From an uncultured virus (IMG/VR IMGVR_UViG_3300044719_000152) (lineage: Duplodnaviria > Heunggongvirae > Uroviricota > Caudoviricetes), in IMG/VR virus record IMGVR_UViG_3300044719_000152: a stretch of 64,000 nt of DNA; one strand, given 5' to 3'. Each line of letters starts with the position of its first letter. Position 1 is the stretch's first letter. A program made the position numbers and the translations under genes. Under the pieces are notes generated by a model. The model did not search any database. It had not been told where the DNA came from and saw nothing but the letters and a program-made list of their open reading frames with translations. Of this stretch, positions 27,022 to 36,397 are shown one piece after another.

Positions 27022-29520
27022 TCACACGCCAGCAGCGCGGCGCAGATCCGCCACGAACCAGCCGCGCGGCCGCTCACCATCCGTGACCGTGCGGGGTCGC
27101 TGCATCGGCAGCTTGAACGGCTCGCCCTCGAGCATCCGCTGCAACGCCGCCGCGCTCATCCCGACCATGGCGGCGGCGTCGACCGCGGTGACGAACTCGC
27201 GGTTGTCCCCGGCCAGCTTCCGCACCAAGACTCCCAAGGTCTCCCCGGCCGTCATGTCCATCCCCTCGGCCGCCCCCTCGCCGGGGACGGGGCGTCCCTC
27301 GAGGAACGCGCGGATCGTCCCCAGGATCAGGTCCCTCGGCCACCCCAACGTCCCCTCCTGGCGGGTCGGGGACAGGTACCACGGCTTCCCCTGCAACTCC
27401 CCAGCCAGCTTGTCCCCAGCCGTGTCCCAGTCCCCGTCGTCCGGGACGCGCCCGATGATGTGCGCGAGCAGCCCCGCCGGCACAAACCCGGGAGCGTTCT
27501 CAGCATTCACCGCATCCATGATCGGACCCATCAGAGGACCGAGCGGACCGTATTTGCGGGCCTGCTCGATCGCCTCGTCCATCTTCGCGTTCGCCGCCGC
27601 CAGCTTCGCCTTCACTTCGTCGCTCATGCTGTCGCTCTCCTTGTCGGGTTCCGCAGCCGGCAAAGCCACCTGATCAATCTCATCCACAACAGGTGACCCT
27701 GTGTGCACACTCCCGGGCCACGGTAGACCCTCATCCGCTGCGATAGCAGCCAACTCGGGCAGACGCGTCGCGCTCCACCGCTCACGGAAAGCATCCCCCG
27801 CCAGGGGTGGAACCCAATTCGTTCGGCGTGACGTGTACTTCTCCGCGATTGGGCCGATCGTTTCCGCGCCGTCCAACAGCCACGCCTTGGCCGGGATCAC
27901 CCGGGGTTCCGCCAATGCCGGCTGCACCAGCAGCGTGTAGTCCTTCAACTTGGTCGTGTCCGGTGCGCTGATCGCGGTCAGAATGTCCCGGCCGTCGCTG
28001 TAGGTGTAGGTGCGGCCGCACACCCGGAACGTCAGGTTGCGGCGCATCAGCGACCCGTGTCCACCCAGCGCATCCATGATCCCGAACTGGGTCAGCAGGA
28101 AGATCGAGATCGATGCCGAGCGAGCCGCCCGCGCGAGCGCGTTCAGCAGCTGCGAGGCGTTCCACCGATGCCCGTCGAACGTGGTGACCACCACGTCCGA
28201 ATGGTCCATCAGGAGATCGGACGCCTCCTCGATGACGCACACGATCGCCGGCTCGTCCCGGCTCGGCGTGTGCTTGGACTGCCGCCCCAGCTTGCCGTTG
28301 CGGCGCTTCGCCTCGTGGTACAGCTCGGCGAGCATCTCGGTGACGCTGCGCGCCGACTGGCCAGACACGTACTTCAGGACCGGCTCCCTGGTGCGACCCA
28401 GAAGCCACGGCAGCAGCCACGAGTACGCCAGCGGCGTCAGCTTGTCGGTGGCACCCAACCACACCTCGGCGTCCCCGCACTCCAACACGCCGGCAATCAG
28501 GCAGTTCGCGAACACGGTCTTGCCGCCGCCGGTGCCGGCGCACATCACGCCGTGGTTGCCGCACAGGCACACACCGAGCGGGGACATGTCCTTGTACTTG
28601 CCCAGGATGCGCGGATCCAGGATCGTCCCGACCGGCACGTCCATCGGATAGGGCAGCGACGCTGCGAACTTGTTGGACGTGTACACGTGCAGCCGGAACA
28701 GGTGCGCTGGCATACCCTCCGGCTGCTCCGGGCACAGGTCCCCCTCCGACAGGGTGACCCCGTCCGGGGCCATGCGGGCGGAGGCGATCGACAGCATCGA
28801 GCCGACCATGCCGCAGAACCCCTGCCACTTGATCGGCTTCGTCGGATTGTCGGCGAAGTCCAGGTAGAAGCCGCCCTCCTGCGGCACCTTCTGCACCAAC
28901 GTGATGCCGCAGCCGGGGTTGGCCTGCTCGGCAATCTCCTGCCACTCGTCCCGGGCCTTGGCCTGCTCCACCTCGGCGACCCGCTCGACGCCGGCCGCGA
29001 TGACCTCGGTCCGCTTGGCCTTCACCTCGGCCTTCACCGACGGGGCCCGGGTGTGCAGCGCGCCGAACGCGGCCCCGCACACCAACGCCACCAGCAGCAG
29101 CGCGCCAAGCGCGACCGGCCGCAACGGGTTCCCGCCGCCGGCAAACACCATCCACGCGGTCATCAGCACGCCGGCACCGACCGCGATGGCTTGCGCTGCG
29201 CGGCGCTGCTCGTGCCCGTACTCGACGGCCTTGTAGAAGTGTCGGGCCAGCCACACACCCGCCGCCGTCGATGCCACGCCGGGTGCGACCAGCACCCAGG
29301 ACGGAAGCCCCGTCCACACCGGGATCGCCGCCAGCGTGTACGCCTGGCAGGACGCAACGGCCGGTAGGAACCAGCGCAGGTCCGGCTCGAACTCGCGCAG
29401 CGCATCCCCGAGCCCACGCTTCGGCGCAGCAGGCTCGGCCTTCTGCTTCGTGGCCTTGGCCGGCTTCTCGGTGTCCAGCGCAGGAGCCGGCGGCGTGTCC
29501 TGGGTGGCGGGGGCAGTCAT
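27022..29520 (-). CDS. traB: TraB-like FtsK/SpoIIIE DNA translocase (actinomycete conjugative transfer)
   Basis: N-terminal TM helices; Walker A AGTGGGKT; Walker B IVCVIEEA; LLTQ motif; C-terminal wHTH-like region ending RGWFVADL. Confidence 0.8.
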   Translation of the reverse strand: MTAPATQDTPPAPALDTEKPAKATKQKAEPAAPKRGLGDALREFEPDLRWFLPAVASCQAYTLAAIPVWTGLPSWVLVAPGVASTAAGVWLARHFYKAVEYGHEQRRAAQAIAVGAGVLMTAWMVFAGGGNPLRPVALGALLLVALVCGAAFGALHTRAPSVKAEVKAKRTEVIAAGVERVAEVEQAKARDEWQEIAEQANPGCGITLVQKVPQEGGFYLDFADNPTKPIKWQGFCGMVGSMLSIASARMAPDGVTLSEGDLCPEQPEGMPAHLFRLHVYTSNKFAASLPYPMDVPVGTILDPRILGKYKDMSPLGVCLCGNHGVMCAGTGGGKTVFANCLIAGVLECGDAEVWLGATDKLTPLAYSWLLPWLLGRTREPVLKYVSGQSARSVTEMLAELYHEAKRRNGKLGRQSKHTPSRDEPAIVCVIEEASDLLMDHSDVVVTTFDGHRWNASQLLNALARAARSASISIFLLTQFGIMDALGGHGSLMRRNLTFRVCGRTYTYSDGRDILTAISAPDTTKLKDYTLLVQPALAEPRVIPAKAWLLDGAETIGPIAEKYTSRRTNWVPPLAGDAFRERWSATRLPELAAIAADEGLPWPGSVHTGSPVVDEIDQVALPAAEPDKESDSMSDEVKAKLAAANAKMDEAIEQARKYGPLGPLMGPIMDAVNAENAPGFVPAGLLAHIIGRVPDDGDWDTAGDKLAGELQGKPWYLSPTRQEGTLGWPRDLILGTIRAFLEGRPVPGEGAAEGMDMTAGETLGVLVRKLAGDNREFVTAVDAAAMVGMSAAALQRMLEGEPFKLPMQRPRTVTDGERPRGWFVADLRRAAGV

Positions 29521-29543
29521 CGTCGTCCTCGTCTCGATCCGGA

Positions 29544-30884
29544 TCAGCCGCGGTTGCGGCCGATGTCCCACTTCTCCTCGCGCGGGTCCGACCGCGTCAG
29601 CTTCGCCAGCCGGTCGGCGTGGCCGCGGCGGAACGTCTCGCCGTACTCACGGACCTTCGTGACCTGCTGGTGCTGGGCGGCGGCGAAGTCGCTGAGCGCG
29701 TCGGCGAACTCGGGGGTGATGTCGATCTGTTCCCGGATCGCGCGGGCCTCGGCCTCCCAACGGCTGGCCTGGGCCTCCGCGTAGGCCGGGGCGTGGTTGA
29801 CGTAGTCGATGAGGTCGTTGGCCCGCTCGATCTCCAGCGGGGCGGCCCCCGAGATCGCCTCGCGGCGACTCGCGAACGGATCGGGCATCGTCGTTCCTCC
29901 ATGTGCGCGCCGGCCACTCCGGTCCGGCTGTCCTGCTGTGACCTCCCGCCGCGGCCCGCAGCCCGGCGGAACGTTCTTCGTGCGGCTCTTGTCCTTCTTG
30001 CCCTTGCGGTCCTTGGGCCTCGCGCTGTCCGGCATGCGCTCCGCGCCCCGGCCACCGAGCAGACCCGAACCCTTGGTGCGCTTCTTCCTGCCCTTCGGCT
30101 TCTTCCCGCCGCCAGGCCCCGTCGACGCGGAGTTGGTGTCGGAGGGACGCTTCAGGCCGAACAGGCGGCGCGCGCCCAGGCCGACAAGGCTTGCGGCGGT
30201 GCGGCCGAGCCGGCTCCCCAAGTCGCGGCCGCTGTTCCGGTCCTTGCCGCTGTTGCTCTTGCCGCCGGGGCCTTTGCCGCGCCCCAGGCCGCTACCGGCC
30301 CCACGGCCACGACCGGTCGGGCCACCGGCGCCACGCTGCTTCCCGCCGACCGGCCCAGACCCCTTACGGCCGCGGGCATTCCTGCGAGTCGGGTCTTTGC
30401 TGCCGAGCAGCCCGGCGCCCTTCGTGGCGGCAGCGGTCGCGCCGCGCTTCGCCAGCTCGGCGCCCTTGCCGGCGACCTTCCGGGCCACACCGAGCAGTCC
30501 CGCGCCGCGCTTGCGACCCTCGCCCCCGCCAGTGCCCGTGCCCCGCTTCCGACCGCCGAGCAGTCCACGGCCGCCGAGACGCGGACCGCGACCACCCGGC
30601 ACGCGGCCACGACCCGCACCGGCCCGATCCTTGGACTTGCCCTTCGCCTTGTCACGGTCCGGCTTCCGCAACCCCAGCTTCTCCGCCGTGCCGGGCGCGA
30701 ACCGGCGCACCGCGGCGATCCCGCCAGCGGTCAACGCGCCCGCCGCCGTCACCACCGCGACACCGGTCGGGCCCGCCAGCAGCCCAGCCGTCGTCATGCC
30801 GGCGCTCCCCGCGCTGGTAGCGCCCAGCAGCGCATGGGGAGAGATCCACCTCTCCCGCTGCTGCTCGGGCGCTTCAGTAACCAC
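29544..30884 (-). CDS. TraA-like plasmid transfer protein (N-terminal TM, G/K/R-rich linker, helical C-domain)
   Basis: immediately upstream of traB; C-terminus HADRLAKLTRSDPREEKWD resembles proteins preceding traB in actinomycete elements (from memory). Confidence 0.55.
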   Translation of the reverse strand: MVTEAPEQQRERWISPHALLGATSAGSAGMTTAGLLAGPTGVAVVTAAGALTAGGIAAVRRFAPGTAEKLGLRKPDRDKAKGKSKDRAGAGRGRVPGGRGPRLGGRGLLGGRKRGTGTGGGEGRKRGAGLLGVARKVAGKGAELAKRGATAAATKGAGLLGSKDPTRRNARGRKGSGPVGGKQRGAGGPTGRGRGAGSGLGRGKGPGGKSNSGKDRNSGRDLGSRLGRTAASLVGLGARRLFGLKRPSDTNSASTGPGGGKKPKGRKKRTKGSGLLGGRGAERMPDSARPKDRKGKKDKSRTKNVPPGCGPRREVTAGQPDRSGRRAHGGTTMPDPFASRREAISGAAPLEIERANDLIDYVNHAPAYAEAQASRWEAEARAIREQIDITPEFADALSDFAAAQHQQVTKVREYGETFRRGHADRLAKLTRSDPREEKWDIGRNRG

Positions 30885-30908
30885 CGGGGGACTCCTCTCG
30901 TCACCGGA

Positions 30909-31178
30909 TCAGTAACGCGGCTGGCTGTACGGGCCGGACGGCTGCGGCGGGTTCGCCCGCTCCTGGTGCAGCACGCGCGTGTAGGCACCGAGCACGGTGT
31001 CGGCGGCGAGGCGGGCCTGTGCGAGCGCCTCCTCGACGTCCTCGCGGGTCTGCTCGGTGAACGGCGTCTCGCCGCCGTTGGTGGCCGGCAGCAGGTTGTC
31101 CAGGTCGGTGATGAGCCGGTCGACCTTGGCGGCCTCGGCGGCCCAGAACTCGACGGCCTGCTGGGTGGTGGTGAGCAT
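30909..31178 (-). CDS. hypothetical protein in transfer operon
   Basis: GAGGAG RBS. Confidence 0.7.
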   Translation of the reverse strand: MLTTTQQAVEFWAAEAAKVDRLITDLDNLLPATNGGETPFTEQTREDVEEALAQARLAADTVLGAYTRVLHQERANPPQPSGPYSQPRY

Positions 31179-31194
31179 GGCTGGACTCCTCGGG

Positions 31195-31395
31195 TCAGTT
31201 GAAGAACGACTTGACGGTGGTGATGGCGCTGTCCACGCCGGTGGACACGCCGTGTTGGAGGTTCGGGCCGATGGCGGTGGTCGCGAGCATCACGCCGAAC
31301 AGGACGAGCGCGGCGAAGCCGGACTTGGTCCAGCCGCGGCCGAAGGCGACGACGGCGAGCACGCCGAGGATCGCGCACACCAGGTAGACATTCAT
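31195..31395 (-). CDS. small two-TM protein (Spd-like)
   Basis: MNVYLVCAILGVLAVVAF...AALVLFGVMLATTAIG; AAGGA RBS. Confidence 0.6.
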   Translation of the reverse strand: MNVYLVCAILGVLAVVAFGRGWTKSGFAALVLFGVMLATTAIGPNLQHGVSTGVDSAITTVKSFFN

Positions 31396-31406
31396 GTTCC
31401 TTCCCT

Positions 31407-32213
31407 TCAGTTCCCGGCCGCGGCAGTGCCGGAGTTGCCCATGGCAGCGGCGACTTCGGCACGCCAGCCCTTGATGTGCTTCTTGCTCATGCCCTCGGAA
31501 GCGCCGACCGCCCGGTCGCACTCGACGGCCGAGATGGACTCCCAGTGCCGGTCGGCCTTGAACGCCTCTCGCATGAACCATGCGCGGGCCTTGTCCTTCA
31601 GTGACGCGTCCTCCGGCACGTCGAGCCCGACAGTCGGCTTCACCAGCACCAGCGGCTTCGACGGCGCCGCAGCGGCCTCGCGCTCCCGTCGGCGCGCCGC
31701 AGCAGCCTCGTCCCGCTGCCGCTTCTCCTGCTCGCGGTGGGCCTGTGCCTCCTGCTCCGCCTTCTGGCGCGCAGCGGAGGCGAGCCGCTCCTGCTCGGCG
31801 GCGATCTTCATGTGGTGCTCGGCCAGGGCGGTCCGGTACGACTGCGCGGCCTCGGTGAGGACGATCAACAGCGCTGGCGGGATCGCGTGCAGCGTCACGC
31901 CCAATGCGTCGCCGGCCAGCCACGCGGCCGAGCAGTTCAGCACCAGCGACATCACCGTTGCCGCCCACCGCAGCGCGGTGCCCCAGCGCGAGGAGAGGCC
32001 GAGCTGGGCGAGCGCCTTGTCGCCGACCAACGCCACCGCGAGCGCAGCGTCGATGGCCAGCCCGAGCGCCAGGCCCTGCGTCCAGTTCGCGCTGTGCAGC
32101 CGGAACAGGTCGGCGGCGGTGGTGGCGCTGACGCTCATGACGACGAGCGCGACACCCCACACGCCGGTGGAGATGAGGCGCAGCGTGCGCTCGGCGTCAC
32201 CAGTGATTTTCAT
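31407..32213 (-). CDS. SpdB/DUF2637-like 4-TM spread protein with coiled-coil tail
   Basis: four TM helices, LAIDAAL, SLVLN, HAIPPALLIVLTEA; first membrane gene of the tra operon. Confidence 0.7.
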   Translation of the reverse strand: MKITGDAERTLRLISTGVWGVALVVMSVSATTAADLFRLHSANWTQGLALGLAIDAALAVALVGDKALAQLGLSSRWGTALRWAATVMSLVLNCSAAWLAGDALGVTLHAIPPALLIVLTEAAQSYRTALAEHHMKIAAEQERLASAARQKAEQEAQAHREQEKRQRDEAAAARRREREAAAAPSKPLVLVKPTVGLDVPEDASLKDKARAWFMREAFKADRHWESISAVECDRAVGASEGMSKKHIKGWRAEVAAAMGNSGTAAAGN

Positions 32214-32215
32214 GG

Positions 32216-32593
32216 TCAGTCGCTCCCCAGCGGCAGGTGCTCGATCTTGGGTTCGAGTAGATGGGGCTGAGATGCCGTGGGGTTCACTGGTTGTGAACCT
32301 GCCGTTGACACTGAGTCCGGGGACGCAAGGAACGGGCGCGCCCAGCGGTAGATGGTCGCGTGCGATTCCTGCTCGAGCAGGGCGGCGATTTCCCGCCACG
32401 GCCGGCCGCGGTTCTGGTTGAACTCGGCGGCGACCTGTCCGACCACGTCCTGATCGGTTTCGCGTCGTTGCGCCGCTATCCGTCCGACGGCGGCGAGCTG
32501 GTCGTCGGGCAGCTCGGCGAGCTGTGTCGGGGCCATGTCTCCTCCGGCGAGCTGGTCGACGATGCGGGCGAGGTGTTGCTGGTCGTGCGGCAT
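32216..32593 (-). CDS. HTH regulator heading the transfer operon
   Basis: GRPWREIAALLEQESHATIYRWARP. Confidence 0.65.
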   Translation of the reverse strand: MPHDQQHLARIVDQLAGGDMAPTQLAELPDDQLAAVGRIAAQRRETDQDVVGQVAAEFNQNRGRPWREIAALLEQESHATIYRWARPFLASPDSVSTAGSQPVNPTASQPHLLEPKIEHLPLGSD

Positions 32594-32860
32594 GGGGTAG
32601 TAGAGCAGCTCGTTTCACTTTGATACAAGAGTGATATCGCGATGCAAAGGCAGTGACCTGATCGCAATGTTGACCTTGGCGGCCGCATTATGACCGTATG
32701 ACTCCGCGTGAAAGCGAACGCATTCGGAATAGGGCGGAGCGGCAACCGTCGAATGTGAGAAACGATCACCCGCCACGCCGACACGCCCGAGACGAAAATC
32801 ACCCGACCGCGCCAACCAGACGTACTCTCCCCGCCAACCGCCGCTACGCCAGGAGAGTGC

Positions 32861-33100
32861 ATGACCGCCGCACCCAGTCCAGACGACGACAGAGTTGACC
32901 CCAGCGACCCACGCTTCCGGACCGCCGTCGCCGAGATCGCCGCGCGTTACTTCAGCGAGGCCGCCGTGAAGACGCGCCACGACGTCGCCCGCGAACTCGA
33001 GCTCGCCGGCCTCGACGCGGCAGCGCGGTACGTCCGGAAGCGTGCCAAGGAGATCGAGGCGCAGCTGCCGGACCGGCAGCGCCCCGGCGGCGAGCAGTGA
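32861..33100 (+). CDS. hypothetical protein
   Basis: AGGAG RBS. Confidence 0.65.
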   Translation: MTAAPSPDDDRVDPSDPRFRTAVAEIAARYFSEAAVKTRHDVARELELAGLDAAARYVRKRAKEIEAQLPDRQRPGGEQ

Positions 33101-33300
33101 ACCTGGAGAACCACCAGCGCGGCCGGATGCTCACCCACATCCGGCACAGCGGCAGCAACGAGCCGGACCTGACGGCGGAGCAACGGCGGGCAGCGGCGCG
33201 GCGGATCGCCACCGAAGCGGACGACGCCGACGAGTGCCGCGAGTTGCTCGACATGCTCGGCCTGACAGCGGCGGACGGCCTCCGGCCAGCCGACAACTGA
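33097..33300 (+). CDS. hypothetical protein
   Basis: coupled; ADDADECRELLDMLGL motif. Confidence 0.65.
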   Translation: MNLENHQRGRMLTHIRHSGSNEPDLTAEQRRAAARRIATEADDADECRELLDMLGLTAADGLRPADN

Positions 33301-33313
33301 CCCCAGACACAAC

Positions 33314-33343
33314 GAAGCCCCACCGCTGGAACGGTGGGGCTTC
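33314..33343. terminator. stem-loop between convergent genes (probably bidirectional terminator)
   Basis: GAAGCCCCACCG-CTGGAA-CGGTGGGGCTTC. Confidence 0.75.
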
Positions 33344-33440
33344 TCCCTGTGCTCGGCTGAGGCGTAACGGCCCAGGGAAGTGGAGCCGGGATGGCAGTGC
33401 GCCCACTGTGCGTTCCAGAGCCCGGCCCGATCAGGCTACC

Positions 33441-33866
33441 TCACGGGAAAGCCACGTACGGCGGGCACGTGTCCGGCGGGAACACGGCGGTCACCGTCGG
33501 CGTCGGCGCGGGCGTCCGTCGCGGAGCGGACGGATGCTGCGGGTCCGGCGGCTCGGGAGCGGCCGGCGGGTACGCGCATGCCACCGGCAGCTGCGTGGTG
33601 GTCGTGGTGGGGTCCGTTGGTGCGGCCGGGACTGCGTTGTGCTGCACCGCGCCGGCGCGGCTCGTGCTCGTCGTGCTGCTCGGCGCCGCCGGACGTGTGG
33701 TCGTCGTCGGCGCGGTGGTGGTCGTGACGTAGGTCTGCGGCACCAGACCGGCCGGCGACGGCCGCGACACCTGCTGCGGTGCCGGCACGCTCGCCGCTAC
33801 CGCGAACGCCACACCCGTACTCGCGACCGCGAACACCACCGCGGCCACCGGAATGATCCTCTTCAC
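33441..33866 (-). CDS. secreted Pro/Thr-rich protein
   Basis: signal peptide MKRIIPVAAVVFAVASTGVAFA; poly-Thr/Pro; two Cys. Confidence 0.65.
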   Translation of the reverse strand: MKRIIPVAAVVFAVASTGVAFAVAASVPAPQQVSRPSPAGLVPQTYVTTTTAPTTTTRPAAPSSTTSTSRAGAVQHNAVPAAPTDPTTTTTQLPVACAYPPAAPEPPDPQHPSAPRRTPAPTPTVTAVFPPDTCPPYVAFP

Positions 33867-34105
33867 CCGTTCTCCCCCTCCACCTGCCGCGCCCCGCTAC
33901 CCGGCCGCGTCGCGACCCAGCGGACACCCTCGACCATGGCCCACACCATCACGTACACCAGCCACAGCGAGAACACCACAAACCACGCCATCAACGCGAA
34001 CAGGAACGCCCCCGTCCACCAGAACCAGGCCCGCGTCCAATACCGCCGGCGGATGACGACGCGCGGCCGGCGACGCTGGCGGATGAGCTGGATCGGGCTG
34101 GGCAT
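33863..34105 (-). CDS. small membrane protein
   Basis: Arg-rich N-terminus, long Trp/Phe-rich TM segment. Confidence 0.55.
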   Translation of the reverse strand: MPSPIQLIRQRRRPRVVIRRRYWTRAWFWWTGAFLFALMAWFVVFSLWLVYVMVWAMVEGVRWVATRPGSGARQVEGENG

Positions 34106-34234
34106 CGATCTGTGTGCAGGCACCTCGAGCTCCTTCGGCGGTCAACTCGGTCTCATCGCCGCAGGTGGCCAGGTGTTACAACGCCGAGGTGGAACCGGCG
34201 GCCGGGCTGCCCGCCACAGCCGGCCGCCGGCAGC

Positions 34235-35191
34235 TCAGGACAGGCCCTTGGTCGCCATCCACGTGCGCACCGCGGTCACGGCGCGGTGGTTGTCGCCGAC
34301 GTGGTGCTCCCTCAGCCACGGCCGGAGAGCAGCGACCAGAGCCTGGTCAGCAGGGTCCACAACCGGCGGCGCAGGGACGGGCGTCGGACCGGGGGTGGGC
34401 TGGACGGGAAACGGATTGGGCTTCCCCGTCAACACGGCGAAGTCCTCACCCAACCCATGCAGGTCGACCCCTTCCGGGCTGTGGCCGGTCGCGTCCAGCC
34501 ACTCCGGCGCGACGACGACCCACGCCTCCTCGACGTACTGCGCCCACCACGCGTCGGCCACGTCCTGCGTCCGCGCCCACGTCACCACCCGCACGGTCTC
34601 GCCCGGCGTGCTGTAGTAGCCGACCGGCACCGCGTGACCGCCGTCGATCCCGCCGTCCGGGGCGACCACCGTCCAGGGCTGGCCGGCGTTGAACTGGTCC
34701 ATCGCCGAGTTCGGCAGGTTCACCCCGAGGCACAGGGCGCCGAACACGTTGATCGCCGCGTCCACCTCGGACTGGTTGTGGATGTCGACCTCGGCGTAGG
34801 CCAGGATCTTGTGCCCGGCGATGCCCACCTTCAGCCAGTAGGCCAGCGCGTCCTGGATGACGGTGCCGTTGTCGGTGCTCGGGTCGGACGGGTCGAATCC
34901 GGTGACCGCCGTGTAGCCGTCGAGCAGCGCCTGCTCCGGCACGGTGACGGTGCTGCCGCCGCCGTACGTGGAGAACGCCTCGATCAGGTGTCCGATCATC
35001 GCCCACACGCAGTCGCCGTACTGGTCGTTGCCGTACATCGGCCACGACCCGACCCGCGAGAGCCAGTCCACCACCGCGGGGTTCGGGGGCACCGCCGTGT
35101 TCAGGTGCGGCGCGAGCTTGAGCCGCGGCTTGCTCGGGTCGTTCGGGAGCCGGCCGAGTCGCCCGGCCCGCTGCGGTTCCATCGCCGTCAT
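34235..35191 (-). CDS. papain-like cysteine peptidase in lysis cassette (possible second endolysin)
   Basis: GNDQYGDCVWA (Cys), GGHAVPVGYY (His), VVTW. Confidence 0.75.
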   Translation of the reverse strand: MTAMEPQRAGRLGRLPNDPSKPRLKLAPHLNTAVPPNPAVVDWLSRVGSWPMYGNDQYGDCVWAMIGHLIEAFSTYGGGSTVTVPEQALLDGYTAVTGFDPSDPSTDNGTVIQDALAYWLKVGIAGHKILAYAEVDIHNQSEVDAAINVFGALCLGVNLPNSAMDQFNAGQPWTVVAPDGGIDGGHAVPVGYYSTPGETVRVVTWARTQDVADAWWAQYVEEAWVVVAPEWLDATGHSPEGVDLHGLGEDFAVLTGKPNPFPVQPTPGPTPVPAPPVVDPADQALVAALRPWLREHHVGDNHRAVTAVRTWMATKGLS

Positions 35192-35200
35192 CGTTCGCTC

Positions 35201-36013
35201 CTAGCGCTTTCCGCCGCCGAGCAACGGCGGTGGTGTCGTGGTGGTGGTCGCCGTGCTCGGGTTCACGCAGGCGATCCCGTCGTACTTGGTGCCGTCGTTC
35301 GCGGTGATGACCGCCTCGTGCTGCTCGTAGCCCGAGGGACACGTCGGCCCGGGGTCGCCCTTGTCGCCCTTCGGTCCGGGAGGGCCCGTCGGGAGAGGGC
35401 CGACGTCCTGCGTGGTGTTGTCGTCGTAGGTGACGATCAGGTGACCGGTTGACCCGTCCATCGACCGCACGCTTCGGCCTGGGTCGCCCTTCGCGCCGGG
35501 CGGCCCGACCACCTGCCCGATGTCCTGGGTCGTGTTGTCGGTGTACGAAAAGAACAGGTGGCCACCGGACAGAACGGAGCCAGTGATGCCCCGGCCGTTC
35601 GCTCCCGGTGCGCCGTCCTTCCCGACGACCTGTCCCTTGTCCTCGGTCTTGTTGTCCGTGTAGGTGACGAACATGTGGCCGCCGATGATGGCGGTGCCTG
35701 TGATACCGCGGCCCGGGAGCCCCTGCGCCCCACTTGGGCCTGGCGGCACAGCCGCCGGTGTACCGCCGAGCCGCTGCACCTGGTCGTGCAGCTGCTGCGC
35801 CACCACGTGGTTCTCCTGCGCCGACGACTGGGCCTGCTGCACCTGGGTGGTCAGCTCGTCCACCTTGGAATCGAACCCGGCCAGGACGAAGCCCACCAGG
35901 ACGAGCCCTAGCACGGTGATGATCACGCCGGCCCAGATCACCCGATGCCCGCGGCGGTGGAGCGCACCGCGGGCTGCCGGGGCTACGACCGTCGCCTTGA
36001 TGTCATCCGTCAT
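35201..36013 (-). CDS. membrane-anchored coiled-coil/collagen-like protein
   Basis: single TM, coiled coil, Gly-X-Y stretches and three G..I......GH....YTD.T..D.G repeats. Confidence 0.8.
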   Translation of the reverse strand: MTDDIKATVVAPAARGALHRRGHRVIWAGVIITVLGLVLVGFVLAGFDSKVDELTTQVQQAQSSAQENHVVAQQLHDQVQRLGGTPAAVPPGPSGAQGLPGRGITGTAIIGGHMFVTYTDNKTEDKGQVVGKDGAPGANGRGITGSVLSGGHLFFSYTDNTTQDIGQVVGPPGAKGDPGRSVRSMDGSTGHLIVTYDDNTTQDVGPLPTGPPGPKGDKGDPGPTCPSGYEQHEAVITANDGTKYDGIACVNPSTATTTTTPPPLLGGGKR

Positions 36014-36279
36014 GCCTCCTCCACCTCTTTCCGCTTCTCGGTGAGACGCTTTGCGGCCTTGCGTCTGCGGATCAAGTCGGCCGCCTCCTCGGGCGTGATC
36101 TTCCCGTCGGCGGCCGCGTTGAGGACGTCGTCGTCGAGGACCTGGTCGATCGCGCGTCGCGCGGCGTCTTCCCGTTCCTGCGGGGACGTTCGGAGCCACG
36201 TGATGAGGGCGGTCGCGATCCCGCCGAGGGCAGCAAGGATCCCGCCGATACCTGTGAGCAGGCTCGCCCATTCACTCAC
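36010..36279 (-). CDS. small single-TM lysis-associated protein
   Basis: LLTGIGGILAALGGIATALITWL followed by charged tail. Confidence 0.65.
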   Translation of the reverse strand: MSEWASLLTGIGGILAALGGIATALITWLRTSPQEREDAARRAIDQVLDDDVLNAAADGKITPEEAADLIRRRKAAKRLTEKRKEVEEA

Positions 36280-36397
36280 CAGCACCCCCTTGTTGCGTGG
36301 CGTGCTGTTGCGCGCCGATTGGTGATCACGGTGCGCCTTCCGCCTTCCGTGGTGGAGATGCCGCCAGCCGTGTCGGGGCGGCTGGCAGCGGTCCGGG

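Noticed and set aside
27022..29520. ATPase as a packaging motor or type VII secretion EccC
   Set aside because: A separate TerL exists; single ATPase domain with N-terminal TMs and no other T7SS genes fits TraB better
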